DNA of 64,000 nt from the human T2T-CHM13v2.0 reference genome, Homo sapiens, in the NCBI RefSeq assembly GCF_009914755.1, contig NC_060928.1, one strand, 5' to 3'. The notes under the pieces were generated by a model. It did not search any database and was not told the DNA's origin. It was given only the letters and a program-made list of their open reading frames with translations. Below are positions 42,836-57,121 of this stretch, one piece after another; position 1 is the stretch's first letter; the number at the start of each line of letters is the position of its first letter. The translations under genes were made by a program, and so were the position numbers.

Positions 42836-44607
42836 CTTATTTAATTTTAAAAAACTAAAAATCACCTCTGACTATAGAATCTTACCTTGCTTGAAAATGC
42901 AAAGCATCAACGAGTATTATAACTAACTACTCTGCACCACTAGATTTCATAGGAAAACAAAATAACCTAGAAAATGGAAAAAAATGAAAAAACAAAAAAA
43001 CCCCAGAATTCTTTATCTTAATAATGGCATGGGACTGCCACTCACCCCAGAGCACTTCCTGGATATTCAAAGTGAGGTTAAAGAGCATAGTCACATTGCC
43101 TTCACACAGCAAACTGGAAGTAGCCCTATAAGGGAGGCCACTAGCAAGATTTCCAGTGGCAGTAAGACTTGTCTGTTTTCTCTTCCTGAAAATAAAGCAT
43201 AGTACCACGAGGGCATCTCACTCCATCCAAAACTCTCCTTATCCTTCAGAGGAAGTCTAACTATATTCTAGAGACTTCAGCCCTATATATAAGTGGAAGA
43301 ATTACAACTGAGTTTTTGGCTTTTGGTCCCTCATAGTAGTCATTACTTCCCTTTACATCAATGTTACTTAAAGTTTACAACAATTTAAGGCTCATTGCAA
43401 ATGACATGGATAGCCTGCAATTCTGATGATCTGATGGTGCCTTGGTTAGGTACCCTCTGTCTATTAACAGGTTTTTCACATTATTTCAAATTTGGCTTTC
43501 ACCCTTTCTAACATATTCTCAAAGAACATATATACCAATTGTTATATCTGTAATTTTCTTTTTTATGCATTTGCCACCTAATAACTAAACAGTCACCCCT
43601 TGAATTTCTATGTCCTTAATTTGGTGTACAAGTTGACCTTATTTTTGTTATATTCATAAGAGCTTAAACTTCATCTTTATGGTCCTTTTTCTGATCAACT
43701 GTGTCATGTCTCTTGCTGTATTTCCTTACCTCAGACACTTTTACATCTTGCTGCACTACCCTTCCATCTGGCAAATGGCCTTTTATGACTTTTTACTTAC
43801 AAAATTGGCATGCTTCTGTGTTCTGAATATTTTCTTTATTATACGTATACTTCCTACATATATTAAAATCATTGTGTATCTCTTCAATATCACTTTTTGG
43901 CAGATTAGTGTTTCAATTTTTTTCTAAGAAAACATAAACATAATATCTGAATGGATTGGATGTCTGTTAAAGCTGCTAGGCTACTAATAAATAAATCTAC
44001 TAATGAACATCAGTGTTACTGTCTTCTTTGCTCTGCATGACTTTTAATGTGGCCATTTAGGAAATTCAATATATCTCTGTAAAATATACTCCACTATTTT
44101 CTCTTAGAAGATTCATCTAACATTCAAAAATTAGCTATAGCTGTAACTAACAAAAATAAATGTCCAATGCCATTAAGAAAATATGCAAGTGAAGTGAAAA
44201 TGAAAAAAATAACTTTAAAATTAAAATATAAGAAACTGATGGTCAAATAAATGCTAAGTCATTGTGGGTTTTCTTTTATTTATAAGAGGGTAGACAGACT
44301 GGAATTAACTTCCCTTGTCTTCAATCCTATCATTCTAGCCACAGTAATGGAGAAAAGCTTGTTAATTTATTAAGGATAATATAAATAACTCACACATGGG
44401 TTCTACAGCTTTGATATTTGCTAACTTTTAACTTTAACCAGATCACTTAACTCTTTGCATTTCCAATTATTCCTATTTAAAATGAGAGACTGGGCGTATT
44501 TGATATTCTAGTGACTAAACTGTGATGAAAAAAGAGCATAGTCACATTGAAAAAAGATTTCTTCTTTTCTATTTTGTCTCCCTTACCCCACATTCTCTAA
44601 AAACATC

Positions 44608-45154
44608 TGTATTAGTCATGGTTCTCTAGAGGAACAGGACTATTGGGACAGAGGTATTTATGAAAGGGAGTTTAAAGATAATTGACTCAAATGATCGTAA
44701 AGTGAAATCCCACAACAGGCTGTCTGCAAGCTGAGTAGCAAGGAAGTCACTCCAAGTCCCAAAACCTCAAAAGTAGGGAAGCCGATTGTGCAGCCTTCAG
44801 TCTGTGGCTGAAGGCCTGAGAGCCCCTGGCAAACCATTGATGTAAGTCCAAGATTCCAAAAGCTGAAGAACTTGGAGTCCACTGTTCTAGGGCAGGAAGC
44901 ATCCAGCATGGGAGAAAGATAAAGGCCGGAAGACTCAGCCAGTCTAGTCCTTCCAAAGTCTTCTGCCTCCTTTTATTCTAGCCATGCTGGCAGCTGATTA
45001 GATGGTGCCCACCCAGATTGAGTGTGGGTCTGTTTCTCCCAGTCCACTGACTCAAATGTTAATCTCCTTTAGCAACACCCTCACAGACACACCCAGGAAC
45101 AATACTTTGCATCCATCAATCCAATCGAGTTGACATTCAACCTTAACCATCACA
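44608..45154 (-). mobile_element. ERVL solo LTR (MLT2A2/MLT2A1)
   Basis: tgtattagtcatggttctctagagg ... gctgaagaacttggagtcc ... ttaaccatcaca. Perfect 5-bp TSD acatc (44603-44607 / 45155-45159). Confidence 0.93.
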
Positions 45155-45589
45155 ACATCCTTACTTTCTTTCTAGCCCAATAATTAGTTTTGTGAATATT
45201 TGTCAAATTTGTAAAATTATATAGTTTTAACTACATTTATAGTATATAGTTTTAAGAATCATCTATGTATCATTGTGTGTGCCGCTCATATGTAGAAGAA
45301 GCCCACTTTTAGTGTGTGTGCCAGCCAATACTGTGCAGTTCATTAAAAGTCAATAGGAGACAGTCATGTGAATGACCAATTTACTTTACATATTTAGAAA
45401 GTGACAGATTGATTAAGTAACTGATCGAGTTATAACTAATTGGTAGTAGCATAAGGAATAAATTATCTGACCCTTATTTACACCTATTATATTTTTTGCT
45501 ATACATTTTACTGCCTTTTCTGAATTCTCTTCAGTATTTTAATGTATTTTTTAATAAAAATTTTATACTTTCCCCTCATATTAGTGATT

Positions 45590-46030
45590 CACGGTCAACT
45601 TGTTGTGAGCTATGCTCCTAAGCCATTTTTCTGTTGGACTTATGGGATATTTTTGTTTTTCTTCTCTAACATACAGCACCATACTTGTCTTAATTGAACT
45701 TTATTCTGTCTCTGTTTTTTTTTTTTTTTTTTTTGCTTAACTGTAGTTTCCTCTAATCTTTTTGGGCCTCAGTTTCCTCCTTTATACAATAAGAAAGTTT
45801 GGGTAGATTAACTCCTGAGGTACTTTTTACCTCCAAAACATCATTCTCCATGTTGGGACTGAATCAATCTTTGGCTCCTTAAAGCCAGTTTCAGATTTAA
45901 AGAGTATGTTCTATGTTTTATCATCCTGACACTTGATAAGAAGATAGACAAACACCAGGCCTCAGATGAACTCTTCAGGGCATCATTTGTTACATTCTCC
46001 TGAGTTGACACTAATGCATTGATTATATCC
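45590..46030 (-). mobile_element. L3/CR1 LINE fragment with an inserted MIR3-like piece (~45750-45850)
   Basis: ttctatgttttatcatcctgacacttgataag and gttgacactaatgcattgatt resemble L3; gggcctcagtttcctc...aag is a MIR core. Confidence 0.55.
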
Positions 46031-49000
46031 TTATTTCTTATTTATTGTCTGCAAATGTTTTCAGTTTGGAAAACATTTGTTGATTTTTTACAAAATTTCT
46101 GGGGTAGATTAATTTTATGAAGCCTTTGTTTTTAAAAATCTTCGTGCTTCTTCAATTTGATAAGGTTATACAAATTCATTTCAAGTATTATTTTTCAAGA
46201 TTTTAAGAGGATGAAAATGTTAAAGCAGTGCAGTTTAGTTCAAAATACCAGTATTCTATTAATTCTATGAATAGAAAATTTATCCAGTATTTAAGATTGA
46301 GAGGCAAATGCACTATAATTATTGTTAGAGGCCTAGAAAGCTTGAATTACTCTCACAAAGTAATCTAGCTTTATTTTGTCTCTGAAAACCTTAATGGAAT
46401 TAACCAAACTAGATGTTACAGTTTCATTATTTTCAACAAATTAATATAACAATTTTAAGACTAAAAAACAACATTCTAATTTTTCAAGAACTTCATTTAG
46501 CTTTGCTATAAACCACAATACCAAACTTGTCTTCAGTCCTTTTAAGACATTTACTTAATTAATTCAAATCTGTTTTGCTCCTTCTGTAAAACATCTTTGA
46601 ATATAATGCACTGTTCTGCTTCCAGGATTTTGTTTCTATTGTCTCTAGAAAATGGTCATGATTTTTACTTTGCCAGCAGAGGGCACATATGCATATCCTT
46701 TGTTTCTTCTAATCTACCAAAAGGAAATTTAAAAAGAAAAAGAAAAAGAAAAGAAAAAAGCCATATTTGGTTCTGTAAGATCTTACCTTATTTGAACTGA
46801 GTCTAACCGAAAAAATTAAAAAACCACCAACACCACATCCCATATTAACATTTTCTCTTAAATATCTCATGTCTAAATGAAAATCAAAATAGACTCGAAT
46901 ACTACCATCACTAAACCACAACATCAATTTAAAATATCTATTTTGCTCTGCAAAATTTGGCTGAAAATTTTACCCCTTATTTTGTTCTGATTATATTTTG
47001 GTCTGGTATTTCTGCTTTTGATATTCAATTCTGGACCTAGAGTTAGCAAAAAAAAAAAAAAAAGTGGTCACCTAACATTTATTTATTTAACAAAAATTCA
47101 AACTATTAATCTATGCTTTAGTCTAAAGTTAATATGAACACATATGCTGAATATCTAATTTGGGCAGAAATTAAAATGTTTCTGAGAGAACATTTTTAAA
47201 CAAAGTGAGTTGGACTGAAGCAATAAAAATTAGTCTATTGACCATTTTGGTTAGTGGCTTAAGAACACCTGTGAACATTTTAATCTTCTAGCTACTTTCA
47301 ATGAACTGACGGAACCATGGTGTTTTTCACACTCTCAGCTAAATGAGCATAGAGGAGCATCTGTAATTTCAACATTATGCATATGCATCAAGTAATTATA
47401 TAATTGCAGATATGTGGTGTCTGCACACATCTAAAGGTTATGCTTTTAAAATGGAAAAGTACTGTTAAAAAGCAGAAGTCACAGGCTCATATGCTAATAT
47501 CCATCTCCAGCAGCATAAATTTAAAAAATTTTGTATAAGCCACTGTACACCTGATATGCACCAAAACCAAGCAAAAACTCAGAAATGTAAGTTTACATGC
47601 TATATCAGCTTTTAAAAAATTATGATGGAGTAAGTCAAGATGATTGATAATTGATACTGGTTATTCCAAATTTGGTGTATATGGAATAAGAGCCACAAGT
47701 AATATTTTATTACCGAATTGTTTAAATCAGGACACTTTGGTCTTACTTTTAAAAAATACGTTATTTTAACTTCAAATACAGAAAAATAGTAATAAGAATG
47801 TAAGTAATGAGTTCATTCAAGGTTTAGGTTCTGCTATTTTTTAAATACTCAAGCAAAGATAATTAAATGTGATTACAGTATCAGGAGAGACAAGGCTCTA
47901 GACAAAAGAAGCAAAAGGACTCTGAGAATATAAGACTATTTCTGTTCATAAGGAGTTATTTTTTCCCCAAGAAAAGTCTTTTCCTAGGGTAACCCCAATT
48001 TGATTCCCTCCAATGTTAGTGAATGCAAGACCGCTGGGGTTACTATCATTGACACCAAACATTTTGTCAACTCTAAACATCTTAAGTAATTAAAATTGTT
48101 GATAGTCTCAAAACTTACATGTTTATATATAGCTTTAGTTAACCTCTGAGTATAACTAATAAGTATTAATTTTTATAAATAACTAGTGCCCTGCAGCCCA
48201 TAGTATTTTAATGCTTTTGTGTCTCTTTTTCAAATAAAATGGAAACTACACACAGTCTTAAAATATTGACTCTGTTTAACATCGAGGAGCTGGAATGTTA
48301 CATAGAAAAAGGAAACAGAGAGAGGGAGATTATGCTCACATGGAATCATCAGGAAAGTTGAGTACCTTATAAAGAAACAGATTGTGCACCCTTGAGTACA
48401 TCTGTCTTGCATTGTTTCCTACTTAGCTGACACACATCAGTGTCAGAACAATGCTTCCCTGGAGCCATGACTTGTTTTCCTTCTCCTTGTCCTCCTCTCC
48501 TTTTCTTCCTTTTTCTTTCTTCTTTCTCCATTTACTCAACTGGGTTATAGTATCATAGTTTACTGAATGCATATCTAAAAATCTTACGTATATTTCATTT
48601 TACTTGAAAACCTCATCGGTATCACTGAAAATTAATATAAAATTATAGGACATACATTGAGCAACAAGGCCTAAAGGAGGAGATATAAGATAAGGACTCA
48701 GTGCTTCTAATTTTTAAAAATATGTATGTTGGACCTATCCTAACCAATCTCTCATCTTTAGGTCTTAGTTTACTTCCTTTCCCAAAACAAACAAAAAACA
48801 AAAGAAAACAACAACAACAAAGCCTGGCTTATATTTCTATGCCCTACTTTAAATTGGTTATATAATTTGATGCATATATTTTAATTTATGCTAGTCTGAC
48901 TTATAGAGACATTTTCAAATGTGCAGCAATTGACTTCTCCTTTAGTAATAAGGAAGTGAAGATAAACTTGTGGTTCCTTAAGGTATGAATTTACTGGGGG

Positions 49001-50809
49001 TTTCCAGTAAATGATTCGTCTTGAAATAAAGCAGAACTAGAACATAAACATTGATGACTGCACCAATTAACTAAATGCGTTTACCATTTTAATCATTACA
49101 TTTTTAAAAATTATTATTGTACCTGTTTTCTTTTTGATCACTCAGGATGTGTGGACCAAGTGGATAAACCAAGTCAATTAACACAGTCACCTGAAAGAGC
49201 TGAAAAAAATAATATTTTTGTTACCTGGGTAGCTTTTATATTATTTTTATTATTTTGAGGTATTCGTGTTTATCCAGTTTCTTGATCTTTGAAGATAGTG
49301 GATAATACAGACATATTATTTCTGTCCTAATCTGCCTTGGTGCAAACTAAACCTGTTACACTGAAGTAATTATTTGTTAGCTTCTATGTGAATGATTTTG
49401 TGTTAATGATTCAATAGTACAATTACAATGTGATAATTTTCTTTTTACAAGAGATGACACAACATTGTTTCTTCCTAAACAATGGTCAAATGAAAAAAAT
49501 GTGGGTAAAAATGGGTTTTGCAATAGATGTGTGAATAAATACTGATTTTCAGCCTTTAGTGACTTTCTGAGTTCATTGCACACATGCAGAAGAAGAGTGC
49601 AGCATTCATAGGCAATAATTTACAAAAGAAACCAGAAGAACTAAAATAGCTTATAATTAAAGAAATGGAGCTGGCTGAGGGCAGAGAAAGGCAGAGTGGA
49701 GGACTGCAGGTACAGGTGACCTCTTCCACAGCCATCATTCAGAAGGCTCCAGGTTCATGGATGTCTGCTATTTAAATATGGGAGTGTACCTTAAGGTTGA
49801 TGGAAGGGGATTGTTGGTAGTGGTGACAGGAGGTGTGATGATAGAATCTAACTAGGTGGTTGCTAGCAGATTGGAAACAAAAGGGAGGTCACATCTATTC
49901 AGCAGCTAAAATATGCTAATACCAAATTAGATGCTTAGTCAATATAACCACCTCTGCATGTGGTAAGTGCTCAAACCTCAGAGAAGCAGTTAATTATCTC
50001 TCCTCAATTTACCAGCCTCCGCTCGAAACCCAACTTTAGCCATATATTTTATGCCATATTTGTGGGAAATGTGTCTTACCCTCTTTATGAGAAAGAATCA
50101 ATCTATTTCTTCCCCAGAGAGTAATATTTAATCACCCCTGTGTTATTAGGCTTATGATTGGGATTATGATTATTATTCTCATTTGCCTTGGAGGCTTTGT
50201 GCTTTCAAAGCCTTTACAACAAATCCCATACCCACATACAAAGGTTGACTGATAACCAGTTATCCAGCACCCTTTATTAACTGGGTCTTGATATTTGATA
50301 TTTCTTATCAGTGTATGATCTTAAGTTGTTCTTATTCTACACAGAGTAATGAAGGCCACACACAAACATATTTCAATTAGTAATTGTATATACGAGTCAA
50401 CTTTATAAATTTGAGATCTAAAAATAATACTTTCGTTGAAGAGTGGCTCCTAATTTTTTTAAATTTTAAAAACTAATACAAATGATTAAAAGAGGAAGAA
50501 TATTATTGGCTGATGTCTAGGAATTTATGTATAGTTTCTTTTAAGAAAATCTAAGGGCATTATAGGCAAAGAAAAAATGTTAATCATCTAAGGTCCCAGT
50601 TTACTGAGTCACTATTGAAAGACTAATACAACAAATAAAGTAGAGAAGAAAATGTTCCATACAGTTTGTCAGTACAAAGTTTTTCTTGGATACATCTTGA
50701 TATATTCTCAGTTTTTTAAAATTTAACAATTCAATTAATATTTCTTTTATCTCCTAACATATACAAGAGAATGTACTAGGTGCATTTGGGAATAATTATA
50801 TTTCAAAGT

Positions 50810-51130
50810 ATCAAGTGCTTCCTTTTTGCCAAGTGTTATGTTAAGTGTTTTACATATAATAGCTCATTATTTATTAAATAGTCTCACAAGAAAAGTTTTG
50901 CTGCTATCTCTATTTTACTGAGGGAAATTGAGACACAGAGAGGTTAACTAATTTACCCAAAGTCACAAAGCTTATAAATGATTTATTCCACCTCTGCATG
51001 TGGTAAGCGCTTAAACCTCAGAAAAGCACTTACTTATCTCTCCTCAATTTACCAGCCTCCACCTGAAACCTAATTTTAAGGACAACTTTTGGACAAATGT
51101 AGCATTAACTCCAGAGGTTTTACTCTTTTT
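50810..51130 (+). mobile_element. MIR interrupted by a duplicated unique segment
   Basis: ctattttactgagggaaattgagacacagagaggttaactaatttacccaaagtcaca, resuming as aactccagag after about 51100. Confidence 0.7.
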
Positions 51131-51438
51131 AGTTTGAAAATAAATATTCTCTGCTTACTGATATATTTCTCCAGATTCAGTGGAAAAGTTATTTTTTTCT
51201 GTTACTGCTTTATTTTTTAAAAGATTTAAAATTTTAACAAACAAAAAGCAAATAAAATAAACACAAAGCCTGAAACATATTCAGTGCTGGCGTAGTTTAA
51301 TTGTTTGCTCTGCTTCCTTTGGTAAGTGATTTAAAAAGTCATTTGTTTGTTCTAAAAACAAGCGAAGCAAACAAAAAATACATATTCCATGCTATTTGGG
51401 AAATGTAATATGGAACAAAAGTTCACATTAATGAGAAC

Positions 51439-51587
51439 CTGGACTAGCTTCATTAATTTGTGAGCCTAGTACAAAATGAATACATGAAGTCCCCTGTTTA
51501 AAAATGATTAATAATTCTGAGATGGAGACAGCTGAGTATTAAATCAAATGGCACTGCACAGGTTACAGTCCCATGAAGCTGGCCCTG
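51439..51587 (-). mobile_element. MER45A-like hAT MITE
   Basis: Terminal inverted repeats ctggactagct / agctggccctg; degenerate 8-bp TSD atgagaac / gcgagaaa. Confidence 0.8.
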
Positions 51588-52759
51588 GCGAGAAACCAAT
51601 ACTGGTCACCGAAGACCTTTTGCTTTATCTACCCATCTCCTTCCAATAGCAGAGCGACATGTGAGCCAAAAAAGACTCCCAGGGGACACTAGAGGCTCTA
51701 GGGATAGACTTCTAAGGTTTTACCACTCCTTCATTTCCCTTCTGTTTTTGTTTTCAGTTTTTTGCTTCAGAAATTTAAAAATCCCTTGAAAAACACAGGG
51801 ATTTCAAAAGACAGCATGACTACTATAGACAAGAAATCTTGTCTCTGGTGCTCTCACTGCCCCAGTGGGATTAATAGCTGATTTCTAATACTAGAGCTGG
51901 AAGGCTGCACACTTAGGATGGTGAGACTTTTGCACAGCTTCAAGGACTGTGACCTTATAAGCAGAGCAAATGTGTGCCCACTTTTCTATTATGTGGCAGT
52001 TTCATGGGTAACGTGCACAAATCCCCTAATCAAAACCAAGAAGACGGTGTTTATGGAATTATGCATTGCAGGGAAGCCTGAATTGGAGGACTGCTAAGAT
52101 CCCCATTGCAGTCATAAGATTCTGTGCCTCTAAAAGAGTAGAATGTTAGATGAGAACTGAGAATAGCATGCCTGTGACAAAAAGATGTTGATCATCTGGT
52201 AATGTCTTTGATTCTAGAGTCTGAGTGGGTGGATAGACTATATCCCAATTTCTTCCAAATTAGGAAGTGTAGATGGAGATAAAAATATCACACATATTGC
52301 TGACAGAGCCTCGGATGGCTATTTGGACTCCCTTTTCTCGGTTAAACTGATACCTCCAGTCACACTCAGAGCAGTTGAACAAATGCTGCTTCCCTCAAGA
52401 GGGCACCCTTGAGGAAAGAAGCAGGAAAAGATCCTGAGCTTCCTGCAGAGGAGCTGATATGGAAAAGAAAAATTAGAAAGAGTGGAGCAGGCCCTCCTTG
52501 TCTCCGGAGAAGTAAGGAAGAAGGTTTGGGAAGGGTAGAAATTACAGTGTAATTATTCCAAAAGGGTAAAGTCCCTACCTTGGTAGTTCACAGAAATGCT
52601 GGAAAAACCCACAAGAAGAATCCTTCGTCTTCTACCCTCTACTATTCTAAGATTTGAATAATAAATTGGTTTCGTGGACCTAAACCCCTAACTACGTGGC
52701 ACCAACAGAAAGCACTGTGCTGCCTTGGATACATATGTTAGATGTGAGAGGTTGCATGA

Positions 52760-52930
52760 AGCAGGCGTGAGGGTCCAAGTTTTGGAATTAAACAAACCTG
52801 GGTCTGAAACCTGGCTCTGCCATTGATCAGTTGTGTGGTATTTAGCATTTTATGTTACATATCCTCGCTAGGACTCTATGTCTTTATCTTTAGCAATAGA
52901 ATACAATTTAGTTGTGTGGATTAATTGTAA
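52760..52930 (-). mobile_element. MIR fragment
   Basis: acaaacctgggtctgaaacctggctctgccattga. Confidence 0.7.
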
Positions 52931-52956
52931 CAAGGATAAATTTTCAGTAACCTCCC

Positions 52957-53314
52957 TACTATAGTTTGAACGTTCGTATCTCCTCAAAATTCACATGCCA
53001 AAAACTAATACCCAATGTGATAGTATTCAGAGTTGAGGCCTTTGGGAGGTGATTAGGTCATGAGGGCAGAGCTCTCTTGAATTGGATTAGTGTCCTTATA
53101 CAGAGACCCAAGAGAGCTGCCTTACCTCTCCACCCTATGAGGTTACAGCTAGAAGGAGCCGTCTATGAGGAATGGACCCTCACCAGATGCCAAATCTGCT
53201 GGCACCGGGATCATGGACCTCCCAGCCTCTAGAACTGTAAGAAATAAATGTTTATTGTTTATAAGCCATCCAGTTTATGGTGTTTAATTACGGCAGCATG
53301 GATGGACTAAGATG
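52957..53314 (+). mobile_element. MaLR solo LTR (MLT1A0-like)
   Basis: caaaattcacatg...tttgggaggtgattaggtcatgaggg...cagcctctagaactgtaagaaataaat...atggactaagatg. Confidence 0.9.
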
Positions 53315-53544
53315 CTTACTCTTCCTCACTCTCAGTCTGGGTTACTAAGGTTGTGAAATTTAGTTCATATTTTGCCTATTGAGGTTACTCTTCAAATGCA
53401 TCACTAATGTTTCCAAAATAAATGGCATTTTTTTCCAATTTCATAAACTATCCAAAAAATTAAGAAGAGAAAAAATATTACAGCACTTGAGCCATTCATG
53501 ACTTGCTCACTTTTTTGTGACAAAGACTAGTTTTTAAAACAAAA

Positions 53545-53735
53545 ATAGACTATAAATTTTTCTGAAAAAGATCAAATAGTAAATATTTAAAGCTTTGCCA
53601 GACACACGGTCTCTGCTACAACTATTTAAAATCTACTATTTTAGTTCAAAAACTATAATACATAAATTAATGGCCACTGCTGTGTTCCAATAGAAATTTA
53701 TTTATAAAAACATAGTTGGTCCACGCCTGGTCTAT
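53545..53735 (+). mobile_element. MER58A-like hAT MITE
   Basis: aaatagtaaatatttaaagctttg...ggtctctgctacaacta...ctgtgttccaatagaaatttattta. Confidence 0.8.
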
Positions 53736-53769
53736 CCACTAAGTGTATTGAAAATAAAATATAGTGTTG

Positions 53770-54603
53770 GTTGTTCTGAGATATAGGAAAAACCAACCAA
53801 AATGTGTGTTCCCACTCTCACCCAGTCACTCAACACAATACTGTGTGACTAGATGTGGGGCAGAGGGATTCCTACACATCATCCACTTTCCTGGCAGACA
53901 CAAACTGGGTGTCCTCAAATTCAATTTAATTCTAACACCACCTACTTGGAAATAGCATCAGATCCAAGGTTCAGTCCCACAAGACCATCCTCCACCTCAG
54001 ATGCCAATCACAAGCTCCAGGTGTTGGCCTATAGCTGGTCGTGGCCAACCAGCTATAAACTCGAGCTCCCACACTCTCCTCCTTGAGTTAGAGTAATTTA
54101 CTAGAGCAGTATAGAACTCAGGGAAATACTTTGCTTATGTTTACCAGTTTATTGTAAAGGATAGTACAAAGATATAGATGGACAGCCGGAAGGGGGAGAT
54201 GCACTGGGCATCAGGGAAAGGGCACAGAGCTTTCATGCCCCATCCAGGAACACAACCCTCCAGGACTCTATCTAGAAGCTCCTGAAACCCAATTTTTTGA
54301 GTTTTTATGGAAGCTTCGTTACATAGGCAGGATTAATCAAATCATTGGCCGTTGGTGATCAACTTAATCTTCAATCCATCTCTCCTCCCCAGAGATTGGG
54401 AGATAGGGCTGAAAATCTCAACCCTCTAATCATACCTTGGTCTTTCTGGTGACAATCCCCATCCTGAAGCTATCTAGGAGTCCCCAGCCACCAGTCTTCT
54501 CATTAACATACAAAAGACATTCATTATTCCGATCGTCCAAGGTTTTAGGAGCTGGATGTCAGAAAACAGCATGAAGACCAAATATATATCTCACAGTATC
54601 ACA
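53770..54603 (-). mobile_element. ERVL solo LTR (MER21B/C-like)
   Basis: ctgggtgtcctcaaattcaatttaattctaacac...atagcatcagatcc. The end reads tgtgatactgtgagatatatatttggtcttc in reverse. Confidence 0.85.
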
Positions 54604-54912
54604 AAACCCAAAAGGGCTCAATCCTGAAGACTTGGGATTTTATCTTCAGTTCAGTATTATTTATATTTTCTAATTTGCTTTGTATCAGGTTTATTGCATC
54701 AATCAATAAATATATTATATGTCAATGTGAAAATCTAAAGTATTATCTCCTTTGTGACTGTTAGGATATATTTCTTTTACTGAACAATTAATCAGATATA
54801 TAATTCTAATTGATTCTAGAGCATGTTGGTTAAAATAATTTTCTGTACTTTTCATTCAAAATCTTCATGACTATGATTTCTGAGCTTTCTTTTCTAAGAA
54901 TTTAACAAACAT

Positions 54913-57121
<2,209 letters not shown>

